A stretch of DNA of 63,914 nucleotides, the filler included, from Kipferlia bialata (taxonomy: Eukaryota), in assembly GCA_003568945.1 (NCBI GenBank). It is 4 parts of 4 records of this genome, joined end to end, with 100 filler letters (N's around TTAATTAATTAA, not from the genome) between each part and the next. Parts side by side here need not be neighbours in the genome. Positions count along the whole stretch, not along the records: positions 1 to 31,866 come from BDIP01000097.1; 3 more parts are not named here. One strand, written 5' to 3'. This document shows positions 1 through 11,700 of this stretch, one piece after another. The translations under genes were made by a program, and so were the position numbers. Every line of letters starts with the position of its first letter. Position 1 is the first letter of the stretch. Below the pieces are notes generated by a model. That model did no database searches. It was not told where the DNA came from and saw only the letters and a program-made list of their open reading frames with translations.

Positions 1-95
1 CAGATGACGTATCCGCCTCCACCCCCCCCCCCCCCCCACCACCACAACCATACCCCACCCTCTATCCATCGATACCCCACCCTGCTGACCCCCAG

Positions 96-1173
96 GTGCT
101 GCAGTGTATAGATGATCAGTTCATGAGGCTGGACACCCCCAAGGTGGATGTGATACTGCTGGTGGGTGGGTTCAATGCCTCACCCTACCTCGTGTCCCGT
201 ATCACTGAGCGGTTCAGAGACTACACCAAGCACATCATCAGCCCCCCCAGCCCAGGGGGTGCTGTTGTGATTGGGGCCGTGCACTATGGGTGGAACCCCT
301 CAGTGATATGCAGCAGAGTGAGTAGGTACTCCTACGGTGTGCAGATGGGGTCAGCCTATGACCCCTCCAACCCCCTCCACCAGAAGCACCGGAATAGGAG
401 AGAGTGGGACCCCCGGTCCAACGCATACCGCCTCAACCACCTGTTTGACACCTTCCTGACCCTGGGAGAGGAGGTACCTGTCGGGCACAGGATAACTACG
501 CGGTACTACCCTGTCTACACCTCCCAGTCCCAGGTGGCATTCCAGATGTACCAGTCGGACAAGAAGGTACGGGGGGTGTAGCCACTGGTTATATACACTA
601 ATGTAGGCCTTGCATACATATACCACGATATACATATGCCATGTTGACATATGCTGATGTGTATTGGATGTGTACCAATCCGACAGGAAGGTGGGGAGGA
701 TCTGGACACCGACTATACCTGTTTGTGCTGTTGCAGAGAGTGTACTGGTGTGTATGGGTAGTGTTTGTATCTACCACAATGCTCCCCCCCCCCCTCCCTA
801 CCTACCCCAGGCTCTCTTTGTGGACGACAGTGGTGTTGACATATGCTGATGTGTATTGGATGTGTTCCTATTGTCTATTATCCTTACTCTCCCCTACCTA
901 CCCCAGGCTCTCTTTGTGGACGACAGTGGTGTGCAGCCCCTGGGTGAGCCCACTCTGATAGACCTCCCCAGTGGGTCGAGGGGGGCTGATGTGTCACTCG
1001 TGTTTGGGGGCACAGAGATCAGACTGGAGGTGACACCCCTAGGCTGTGACAAGGCCACCCACTCCCAGACAGTGTCCTTCAAGACACAGTCCAAGTCTGC
1101 CCTATCCCCCGACACCCTGGCTGAGGCAGACGGAGAGGCAGAGACAGAGGCTGAGCCGGCCCAGCAGTGGTAG
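96..1173 (+). CDS. Hsp70-superfamily protein (HSPA12-like), 3' part; exons 96-566 and 907-1173
   Basis: Acceptor ctgacccccag ends at 95. Translation includes ILLVGGFNASPYL, PGGAVVIGAVHYG, SRVSRYSYG and FGGTEI, typical of HSPA12-type Hsp70s. Donor AAG|gtacgg at 567, acceptor cctaccccag ending at 906, stop TAG at 1171-1173. 5' exons lie outside the window. Confidence 0.8.
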
Positions 1174-1767
1174 TGTCAGTGTCAGTGTAGAGGCGGTGTA
1201 GTGTTCCAGTGATTGACTATAGTGTGCAGTTTTGTGTGTTTTGTGTCGAATAGAGTGCTTATGAAATATTAATGTGTGTCTATGTGTCTTTGAACAGCAC
1301 TGTTTTGCTCTCTATCCAGTCCATCCAAATACCCAGTCGTCATGAGGCTCGTGTTGTATGCAGCAGGTCTAAGTATAGTTTGGTGTATTGTACTTGCCAC
1401 CCTCAATCATTGTCAGAAAGACAGTGTGTCTACTCAGGACCCCACTGTGAGTCACAGTGTGACGGCAGATGATTCAGTGAATCTTTCACGTTGTTGTTTT
1501 CCTACATGGGGTTAACTTAGTTATCCCAGACAACAGTTATTGAAGTATCTTCTCTCTGTCCGGGAGTCTCTGGTCCAAAACAATCTGGTCCAGAGTTCAC
1601 GCATTGCACTAACTATCATTGTCCAGTGATGACGGTCACTCTAGGTACTTCATTTGGTGTAGCGCATTTGCAGTGGGAGTCACACATGCATTGTAGGCTA
1701 CAATTCAATATGAACCATAGTATGGTGTATTTTACATGGAGGGGTCTGCCGAGATATTCAGTGTTGA

Positions 1768-2311
1768 CTCACCACTGGTGAGGCTCCTGAGGTGGTAACA
1801 TATTACTCACCAAGTGTTGCCGTGAATTCAGGTGAATTCCCCGGTCTCCTTAAGATATCATAGATTCGCGTGACAGCAGTCTCGTGTTCTGACATATGTC
1901 TGTGTCAGAACTCCTGAGTCAGGAGATCTTGAATCAAGACTTGATTCAAGACTTGAAGGGACTCACAGTATTCATTCTTGCGGACGAAAGAATGGTCACT
2001 GCTGCACAGAGGTTGTAAGAGGCTGCAACTGGCTGGTCTGGTCGATTGTGTTATATCTTAACTCTAGAGCCTGTGTCTCCAGTGGAGAGTCTCCACTTGA
2101 GAAGGTGACTAGAGAATCTCCAGGAGACTCCGCATCAGAGAGAGAAGGGTCACTTAGTGGGTCAGCCTGACCGTCAGGGGCACCGCGTATAAGAGCCTCT
2201 GACATAGAGGTCATGGGGTCGTAATCCAAAGTAGGGATGATTCATCCCGGATGAATGACCTTTGAAAGGGCGAACTGTACAACAGTTGTACTACAAGTTG
2301 TAGTCTACAAC
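1768..2311. repeat. Dense chain of overlapping short inverted repeats, mostly with 1-nt centres
   Basis: Examples: CTCACCA-C-TGGTGAG 1768-1782; TCTTGAATCAAG-A-CTTGATTCAAGA 1927-1951; AGTGGAGA-G-TCTCCACT 2081-2097; GGGATGA-T-TCATCCC 2234-2248; GTTGTAG-T-CTACAAC 2297-2311. Confidence 0.8.
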
Positions 2312-2757
2312 CTGTACATACATGAATTCAACAATACCCACTGGCCATTGACCAGTGGTTATTGCAAAATGTTATAGTAGAAGACCTTGCTGCATAAGTT
2401 ACTCATGTATACTCATGGGGTGTTTGTTTCATTAGAACCACTCTGGTCCAACACAACATCGGAATTACAGGAAGAATCACTTGGGAATCTATTCGATCTT
2501 ATAATACATATGCACAATACTACAGCATAGTAATGTGCATCTTGTGTCATGTGAGTGTACTTGATGTGCGGTATGACACTGAGTGTCAGAGAGCACATAT
2601 GAGACTAGAATATATGACAGAGAGTCTAATGGAATTGGGCAATGGACTAGTGAATGACTAGTGAATGTGAGAGTGAGGGTGGGACACAACGGTAGCAAGG
2701 TGTCTCTCTCTCTTTCTCGTTCTCTCTTTCTCTCTCTCTCTCTCTCGTTCTCTCTCC

Positions 2758-5700
2758 TCACATGATATTGAAGTGGGCCCCTGCGCTGACCCAGTGGTCC
2801 TGACCCGCATAGTCGGTGACAGTCACCTGGAGTGAGAGGGGGTATGGGGTACAGCAACAGGATAGAGTGTAGATACACAAACCAAACACACTACTGCTGA
2901 ACCCACCTTTCCAATCTGCCTGTGCTCTAGCACCACTGGTATGGTGGCGGTGGTGGCATGGCCTATGGACAGAGTGGATAGGCCGGGCATACACACACCA
3001 GGCCTCGACAGATGGCGCATGTCGGAACTCTAGGGGGTAAGAGGGGAGTGCTCCAGTCATGCAGTGTATACACAACTACATCACCCACCTGCATTGATAT
3101 GAGTGACAGGGATGACTCTGATGCCGTGTCACTGATGACAGAGTCTGCACCGCCCTCTCTGTCCCTGGTGCCATGTCTCTCACTCCCACAGTGCACATAC
3201 AGGGTGGTAAGGTCCTGAGAGTAAGAAGATGAGAGTAGGCAGATGTCTAGCCAATATGATATTGCATAACAACCACCACCCACCTCTGGCATGAGGTATG
3301 ATCCCTGTACAGGGGTCTTGTGGTCGGCAGACATGCGGAACCCGTGCATTCTGGGGTAAGGGATGTATTGATAAGAGGGTGTACTGCACATCAGTATATT
3401 CACATGAACATGCAAGAGTGCACATTTCGGTACGCAGAATCACCTGTCCACCCACCACACAATAAAACAGTTAGTATATACATACACACCCACCTGGCCT
3501 GCACTGTGACCACTGGGGGATGTCTTCTGTCCGGCAGAGGGGGTGTCAGAGACACAACAAAGTGGCAGTCACTCTGTCTGGGGTGGGGCTAGAGAGACGG
3601 TCGACACTTGGGTATATATAAAAATCATATACTCGGCCTACTACATACACAGACAATACAGGCGACTACCCCCACCTGATCCCCTCGACATTGGCGAACA
3701 GGACCATGAGGCTGAAGAGCAGTGCCCTCTTGCACTCGTGGGGGAAGGCAGAGCAGTCCATGGGCTGGGGTGAGGGGTGTATACACACACAGTATACACA
3801 TTTGTTATCTCCATCTGCATCTGGTATTCATGTATCCACATCCACCCACCCTGTCTGCCCACTGTGGCACTGGGTATACATATACATACATGCATACNNN
3901 NNACCCTGTCTGCCCACTGTGGCACTGGGTATACATATACATACATGCATACTCATACCTATATATATAACACTTGTATCTAACTGCACTCACCCTGTCT
4001 GCCCACTGTGGCACTGGGTGTTTGTACAGGAAGTAGCATATGTCGGCATGGGACAGCACAGACTGGGTGGAGTCAAGGGTCTCTGGGGGGTCAGTCGGAG
4101 GGGATATACATGAAGGAATATGAGAGTAGACCACTTTCCATGGTACTTAGATGTTCATACAACACACACTTGCACGTACCTAGCACACAGTATGATGCGT
4201 CGTCGAGGTCTGCACCTCCAGTCCTGCCCCTACCCCCACCCCGGGATAGGGTGCCTGACTGAGACACCTCTCCCTGCACATACAGTCTGTGTCTATGGTG
4301 GGGGTGGGACAGGGAGAGGGGCTGCAGACGCCGCAGGGTGTCTCTCATCTCCTCAAGTGCACTGGGGGGTTAGTGTATCTGGGGAGACAGGATGACACAC
4401 AGACAATCCTCCATCCACTCAGCATACCTAGGCACGTGCAGTGTGTCCTGCAGGGATATGACAGACAGGACATCCCTAGAGGCACACCGGAGGGGGTCGA
4501 CCTGGGGTCAGGGTTCTTCTACACACATACACCAATATCCAATCCATAGTGCTGTAAACATACACCCACACCCACCTTGTACATCCCGCCCTGCGTGTGT
4601 GCCAGGGATAGCAGGGCATCACTGGGCATGTCAGACCCCGGTTGGCATGTCACCATGCCCCTGGATGCCTCTGCCCCTGGAGCCACTGTGAGTGCTGCTA
4701 TGTCATTGGACACAGCCGAGGCATGCAGGGTGGGGGAGTCGGGGTACAGCAGACCTGGGGGGGTGAGGAGAGGAGGAGACACAGTAGATGATAACAACTG
4801 TATACACCCCCCACCTATGTGCACCGTCTCTATGGCCTCTGCCACATGCTCCATACATGCAGCCAGGTGTCTCTCCCCGTGCTTGTCCTTCCTCTTGGCC
4901 TTGGTCCTGGGGTGGGTATTGATGAAAATGAGAACAGGACTGATCGTTAAAAATGATACATCACAAATACCAGCATATACATGATGAGCATGAGTCCATA
5001 GATGTGTACCACCGTTGGTTCTCTATGTACTGTATGTATACCTTGCAGCCGAGGCCGTTGAGTACTCACTGCCTCGGGAGCTTCTGGGGGGTAAGTTCCT
5101 GGCTACACATATGTACACGGTAACGAGAGTGTGATGATTTCGACACAACTTTGCATTTGTTCCTTGAACACTCGACACCCACCTGCATACACTGCCGCTG
5201 ACACTGCCGTTGACACTACCAGCCACGGAGCCTCTGTCCCTGTGACTATCCATGGCACTGTACTGGGGTGAGGAGGGTAGAGTGATGTAACAGGTATAGT
5301 GCTTGCACAACACAGATGTATTCATACCCGTACCCCGTACTGCTGGTGTGACACCCTAGAGACATAGGATGCATTGGAGGGGGCCCTGGAGGCAGCGGAG
5401 GGCGCAATGCTCCTGATGGTAAGTGGGTATATAAGAGTACATGTAATAGAGTAATGGTGTGAGAGTGCACCGTACCTCCCCCCTCCTATTGACTGGTCCA
5501 CCCTGCTTCTACTGACAGAGCCTCTGGACAGACCTGGCGTGAGGGTGGGTACATATACACACCCATAAATTTGCATATATACCCACACACTGTACCTGTG
5601 CGTTGTGACTGGGGGTTCCCCCTCTCTCTCTGCCTCACCCTTAGCATGTCTGTGGCCAATAGACCGGACAGGGGAGTGGCACTGGGGTGAGGTGGTGGGG

Positions 5701-8700
5701 TAGGTAGGTAAATGAATGTAATACGCGTGACCGCATATATCTCCATACCCTGGCAGTTCCACTTGGCATGGTATGATGTGGGAGGCAGGGCCTGTGGTAC
5801 ACACAGTGTCGGCTAAGGCTCTCAGGAACCTCCTAGACACCAGTCTATGCATGGGGGGGGAGGCAACTGGGGATGAGAGAAGGAGAGAGACATGGTAGCA
5901 TACAGATAATACTATCTAGTATAGATAGACCCCCACCTGTCATGAATCTGTCTAGGGATATGGATATTTGTGCACATATACAGATATCAATATCAACATA
6001 CACATATACATATATCAACATCTACACACCTGTCATGAACCTGTCTGTCCATGTGAGTGCCCCCCCTATGCACAAGGGATGTCTGATCAGGCCATTCAGC
6101 ACAGAGGGGTCGAGGGAGGCCTGGTGGGAGAGGTGGGGGTAAGCTTGTCAAGGGATATACTGAACACTATACATAGAAACTGCCACAGTACCTGCCCGAC
6201 TATCCTGACGTCCCCTGCTCTGGACAGGTGTGACCCTGACCCCCTGGGTGCCATGCCCCGGGTGGGGTGGGGGCCAAGTCTGGGGGTGGGGGGCGATAGA
6301 ATAACAATAGAAGCAAACCTACGACTAAAAAGTATAGATGCCGATATACGACTCAATAGCATGAGAGGCATGCATGTCATAGCATGCCATGTATACTCAG
6401 TCCCACCTCTCCTTAGGTCCACTCATCTTGGATACCAGGGGCTGGTCAAACACATGGTTCGCATCCTGGGGTGGGGAATAAAGCATATACACATATTGAG
6501 AAGTGCATCAGTTCAATATACTGCAGCAAACTGTAGTGCACCACGGCCCAAATAGTAAATATCAATACCAACACCCATGACCACACCCACCTGGCCGTAG
6601 TGCACCATGCATCTACTCAGAGTGGCTATCTGTCTCACACTCAGGTCGATGCAGATGTTGCTCTCGATGCCAGAGCACAGACGGCCTGAGAGTGAGACAC
6701 AGTGTTACAAACATAAACAAGGGTAGGGAAGAATGTATATATAGTAGCAGCTGTCTCACCTGTGGCGTGGAATGGCCTCTGTACAAATGTCATCAGGAGC
6801 CCTGTCAGCACCCGTCTCATGCTGGGGGTGGGTCACGGTAGGGACTATGTATAATGATGCTTGTTCCGGTCTGTATATGACGCCATAAGGTCTGTCGAGA
6901 ATATCAGTCTGTATGTATCACGTACGCTATGCTGAATGCTGGGCTGACAAACACCGGGACAGAGGGGGAGGGGCTCTGAGGGTGAGGGTGTGTGGAGCAT
7001 TGTATACAACAATATACTCCCAGTGCAGAGGAACGCAGACCTATCTCCACCTGGTATAGAGCGAAATCCACACACACATATACTGATACATATCCACTGT
7101 ATATCCACACACACACCCCCGTGCCTGTGTGGTGGGATGTCCTGACAGAGCACTGAGTACAGGCTGTGGTATCTTGTGGGATGCTGTCTGTATGGGGGAT
7201 GACTCACAGGGGATGCATAGTCTGGACACACTCCTGATATGTAAGGGGAGGGGTCGTAGAGTGGATGAATGTATCATATATAGCATAGTGTATGAGTGGG
7301 AACCGTGGCGACACATGAACACAACTACATGAGCATATGCCCCCACCTGTGAATGAGCCAGTTGGCCAGGGGTCTGTTGGCTGTCTCGGCATGTCTTGGG
7401 ATCAGGACAACGATCTTGCTGGGGGTGAGAAGTGGAGAAAGGTCGGATCATCCCAACATCTGATACGTATGATGTGATATGGTGACAGCCTACCTCGGCG
7501 AGTGGAAGAGAGGGTCTGTAACCCTCCTGTGCTTGATGGACTCCCAGTCCACTATCGACACCCTGGGGTGAGACAGGCGTAAATGTATGGTCATACAGAG
7601 GAGGTATATACATACACCCAGTCCCGTACCTGTCAGGGGGCATGTCCCTGTAGAGACCTCTCAGGGGCTGATGGCCGCACTGGGGTAAGGGGTGAGGCAT
7701 AGACACAAACACAAACACACATGGATGGGATAAGACAATGAGAAGTATCCATCCCCATACCAATGTGAGTGCCCGTGAGAGGTGCTTCCCCCCGTACAAG
7801 TACTCTGGGTGTGTGATGACACCCACACTCTCGGGGAGTGTGCTAGACACCACAGCCTCCACCACAGACACCACGTCCACCTGGCCCTTGGGTATACCCC
7901 TAGACAGAGCAGTCTGGCACTGCGAGATCTGGGGGTCAAGGGGTACTCACAATGTGTACAGCCAACTACCCAATGCACAAAGCTAAGATGCTGCGGGATG
8001 AAGCTTTCATACCTGGTGCCTAGCCGTTGTGTCCAGCACTCCCTGCATATAGACACCACTCGACATGGCACGGACCCAGGCACCTGGGGGTGAGACAGGG
8101 AAGGGGGTGGGGATGAGTGTTAACAATTATACATTCACCAATATACGGACAAAATACAGGTATACACCCACCCACCTATGGATATGAGTGCCGCGGGGGG
8201 GTTCAGACAGCACAGCACGGCATAGTGCAGAAGCAGGGTCCTGGGGGTAGGGGGGGAGAGAGAGATAGACTCATAAGATAGAGGGACTGTATGGAAAATG
8301 CGATTGAGAAAAGTTGGAAAGAGTTAACTGCACTCACTTGTCACATACTGCTGTACCGAGTACCGACGGCAGCCTGAAGCGCTTCTTGACGTCCCTGCCC
8401 CCCAGGACAGATGGTCTCTGCTGGGCACTAAGGAGGGAGGAGAGGAGACACAGACCTGGGGTGGGGGGGGGAGTGTGTGTGTATATATAACAATAACATA
8501 CATACATATATAGTCAACACAGCATTCTGCCCCACCTGCGTCTGGGTGGCACACCAGCATGACTGCATCGCCAAAGGCAGAGTCAGAGGTCAGAAGGGCC
8601 TCAGTCAGGCCTAGGGTGAGGGGGAGGGTATGGGTGATATATACATTGTCATGGTATGGCATAATATGACTCCACCCACCCCTGATGTCTGGTGCCGCTG

Positions 8701-11700
8701 CCTCCAGCATCACCACTCTCTCTAGGGCCTGTCTCAGCTGGGGGTACTTGGTGAGGGACACAGACCTGGGGTCAGGGTGGAAGGTATACACAACGGAATG
8801 TATATATATATATATCCTCCCACCCCCACCTTGTCTGCGTCAGTGCCATGAGGCTATCTAGCCTAGCACTGTCTGTACTTGCCATAGTCTCCAGGGCATC
8901 CCACGCTGCACCGGCCACAAGCTGGGGGTGGGAGGGGGTATGTAGAGGGGGATGTCATATATATAGAGTAGTAAATACTATGCGAAGGGGTTGTATCATA
9001 GTCACGCATACCAATACACATCCCCGTACCATTGTGGCCGCTGCCGTCCCCTTGTGGATAGACCCAGAGCATGTGCATAGTACAGTGTCCAGAAGCAGCA
9101 TAAGGACCTGCGTCTGCCCCAGGTCGTGTAGACAGTTGGGCTCTGCAGTGTCTGCGATGAGGCGCCCACAGGCCTTGTGGAACAGACGGTGCATCGTTTC
9201 CTGGGGTGAGGGGCGTATAGGTAAGAGAAGATGTCACAAAATCCATAGAGGTAAATGATATATTCAGTGAGTAGTACAAAGACCAACCAACAATGGTACA
9301 CACCCCCACCTGGCATATTGAGCTGTACCCATGTTCCTGCACATGCTCCTCTAACACTGTCTCCAGATGGTCCATCTGGCTGGGGATGGATGCAACATCA
9401 ACAAGGAGGGGGGCAGGGAAGACAGACATCTGGGGTGGGGGGGGGGGGGATTGTTGATATACACGCTATGATACATTCCAATGCGTCACACTCAGCTAAA
9501 CATATAGCTCTTGTATATCGGATAGGATAATCGGATATTTGAGTTCTGGAATATCAAATCTTACTTCTGACCATATTGCATATGTATCACGCACCTGGTC
9601 CTGTATCATGTGGACAGGCAGGGTCAGACCGAAGTCTACACCAGGCCTTGCCCACATATCAGCCACGTGGTGGTAGTGGGCCTGGGGTGAGGGGGATAGG
9701 ATGGCCATAGTGTAGATGGTAGAGAGCAAACATTGACTGAGATATTCTGCGTCAATACACTTCCGTAATACATAGCATGTCTTGGTGTAGACGCACCTCG
9801 AGGTCCTCTGCCACGCCCAGTATCTCTGCCCCTCTCTGCAGTATGGACACAGAGGCAGGGGAGGGAGGGGTGCTCACAAGGGCTGGGGGGTTAGGGGAGA
9901 TACCGGTTGTTACCATCAATCAAGGAACACTCAAGTATTCAAACATAGTGATACAATGACCCTAGATGTTGGTACTCACACACACCCATCCCGTACCTGC
10001 TGTGAGCTGTCCGACCCTGTCCCAGTACATGTCCTCCTGATGGTAGGCAGAGGCCTCAACTAGGGCAGCCTGGGGGGTGAGGGGGGGGGGGTATTTGTAT
10101 GTATTGTACTGTGAGTATATCAATTGCATTCCATACCTGATGCAGTGGCCCTGTATCTGACTCTCCAGAGGCCCTCTCTAGTACATCTGACGGGTGAGGG
10201 TGGGTGTATAAGACAGGATGGGAACATATATATATATATATCTACTAACACCCTCCCCCACCTAGTATCTGCACTGTGAGTGTGGGGTGCACAGGGGTAC
10301 AGTCCAGCAGACTGACGCAGGGGTGGAAGAGGGATGGGTCAAGAGTGAGGTACATCCTCATCTTGTGGATGGGGTGCCGCAGCCTCACCACATAGTGCCT
10401 GTTCTGGTGGGTGAGTGATGAGTGATAGTGTATGGTGTATGAAATATGTATACACTAAGCCACCTGGAATGTGAGCACTTGCCCTGCCCTCGTGTCCCTG
10501 GCCATGTAGTGGTGGGTCATGCCTGTCAGGAAGGGGCGACACAGGGGGTGGGGCCTGCCGCTACTGCTGCAGATGCACATGGAGGTGCCAGCCTCCAGGG
10601 CCTAGATGGTGAGGGGCATGTATTTATGTACATTCACAGATATCAGTATCACATGACACTACAGTGACTAGACACTCCCCTATACTAACACCATCTCCAT
10701 ACCTTGACCGCAGTGGGGTAGAACATGCTGGGGGGCAGGTCGATGTCCAGCACCTGCATGGGACACCTGGGGGTGGGTCACAAAAGGGTATAGTATAGGT
10801 ATGAGGTGTTGCAATACACCCCCGTACCTATGTTGCGCCGCCTCCACCAGGGCTCTGTTCTCCTGTGCACTCTTGTCAGCAGATAGGTGGGTCAGCAGAC
10901 CAGCCCTCCACATGTCCACACACCTCGCCACAGTCACACCCTCACCCTCATCATAGGCTAGGAAGGGCACGCTGGGGTTGGCGGGAGAGGAGGTGGGGGT
11001 CATATTCATACCATTCGATAACATATGACAAGTATGGTGCATATCTCATACCTGTTTTGGCAGTGCACACTCCCAAAGCATGCCCTGACGCATGACAGTA
11101 GAGCAGAGTCGGAGGGGGGTAGGGCACCTGCATACAACCACAGGAAGGGGGTGGCGTGGAGGGTGTCGGGCAGAAGGAAGTGGAACCTGGGGGTGGAGGA
11201 GGGATGTGAGGAACATTTATCGTGTAGGTATGAGGAGGTATATGAACAGAGTCAGAAGTGTACCAACTATCCTACTCCGTGATTACCTACTGGTCAGAGC
11301 ACACACGAACAGGGACACTGATACCGACACCCCGTGCATGTCTTCTAGGCCACACCAGCGCTGGATCTGGGGGGTCAGGGTGTGTGAACAATACTACATA
11401 ACACATGACACACATCAATAGCAGCTGCACACACTCTGAGAGGTAGACACACATTATAGCAAAGACATAAGGATGCACATCGTATTCACTCCCCACCCAC
11501 CTTCGCCTTGAGGTCATTGAACTCGGGCTCTGCCTCAGCATTGGACCAGAACTGCTGGGGGGTCAGATGCAGTGTATATTTGAATGTATACGAATACACA
11601 TAGTTGGTACTACACGATGCCGAACCTCTGTATACAAGTAGAGCAGTCCTATGTTGGCCCCCCTCACTATGACGTCTCTCTGCTCCTCCTCGTCTGTCTC

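Noticed and set aside
1996..2229. 77-aa minus-strand ORF as a gene
   Set aside because: It starts at a non-ATG codon, has no recognisable homology or splice context, and lies within the palindrome chain. It cannot be supported.
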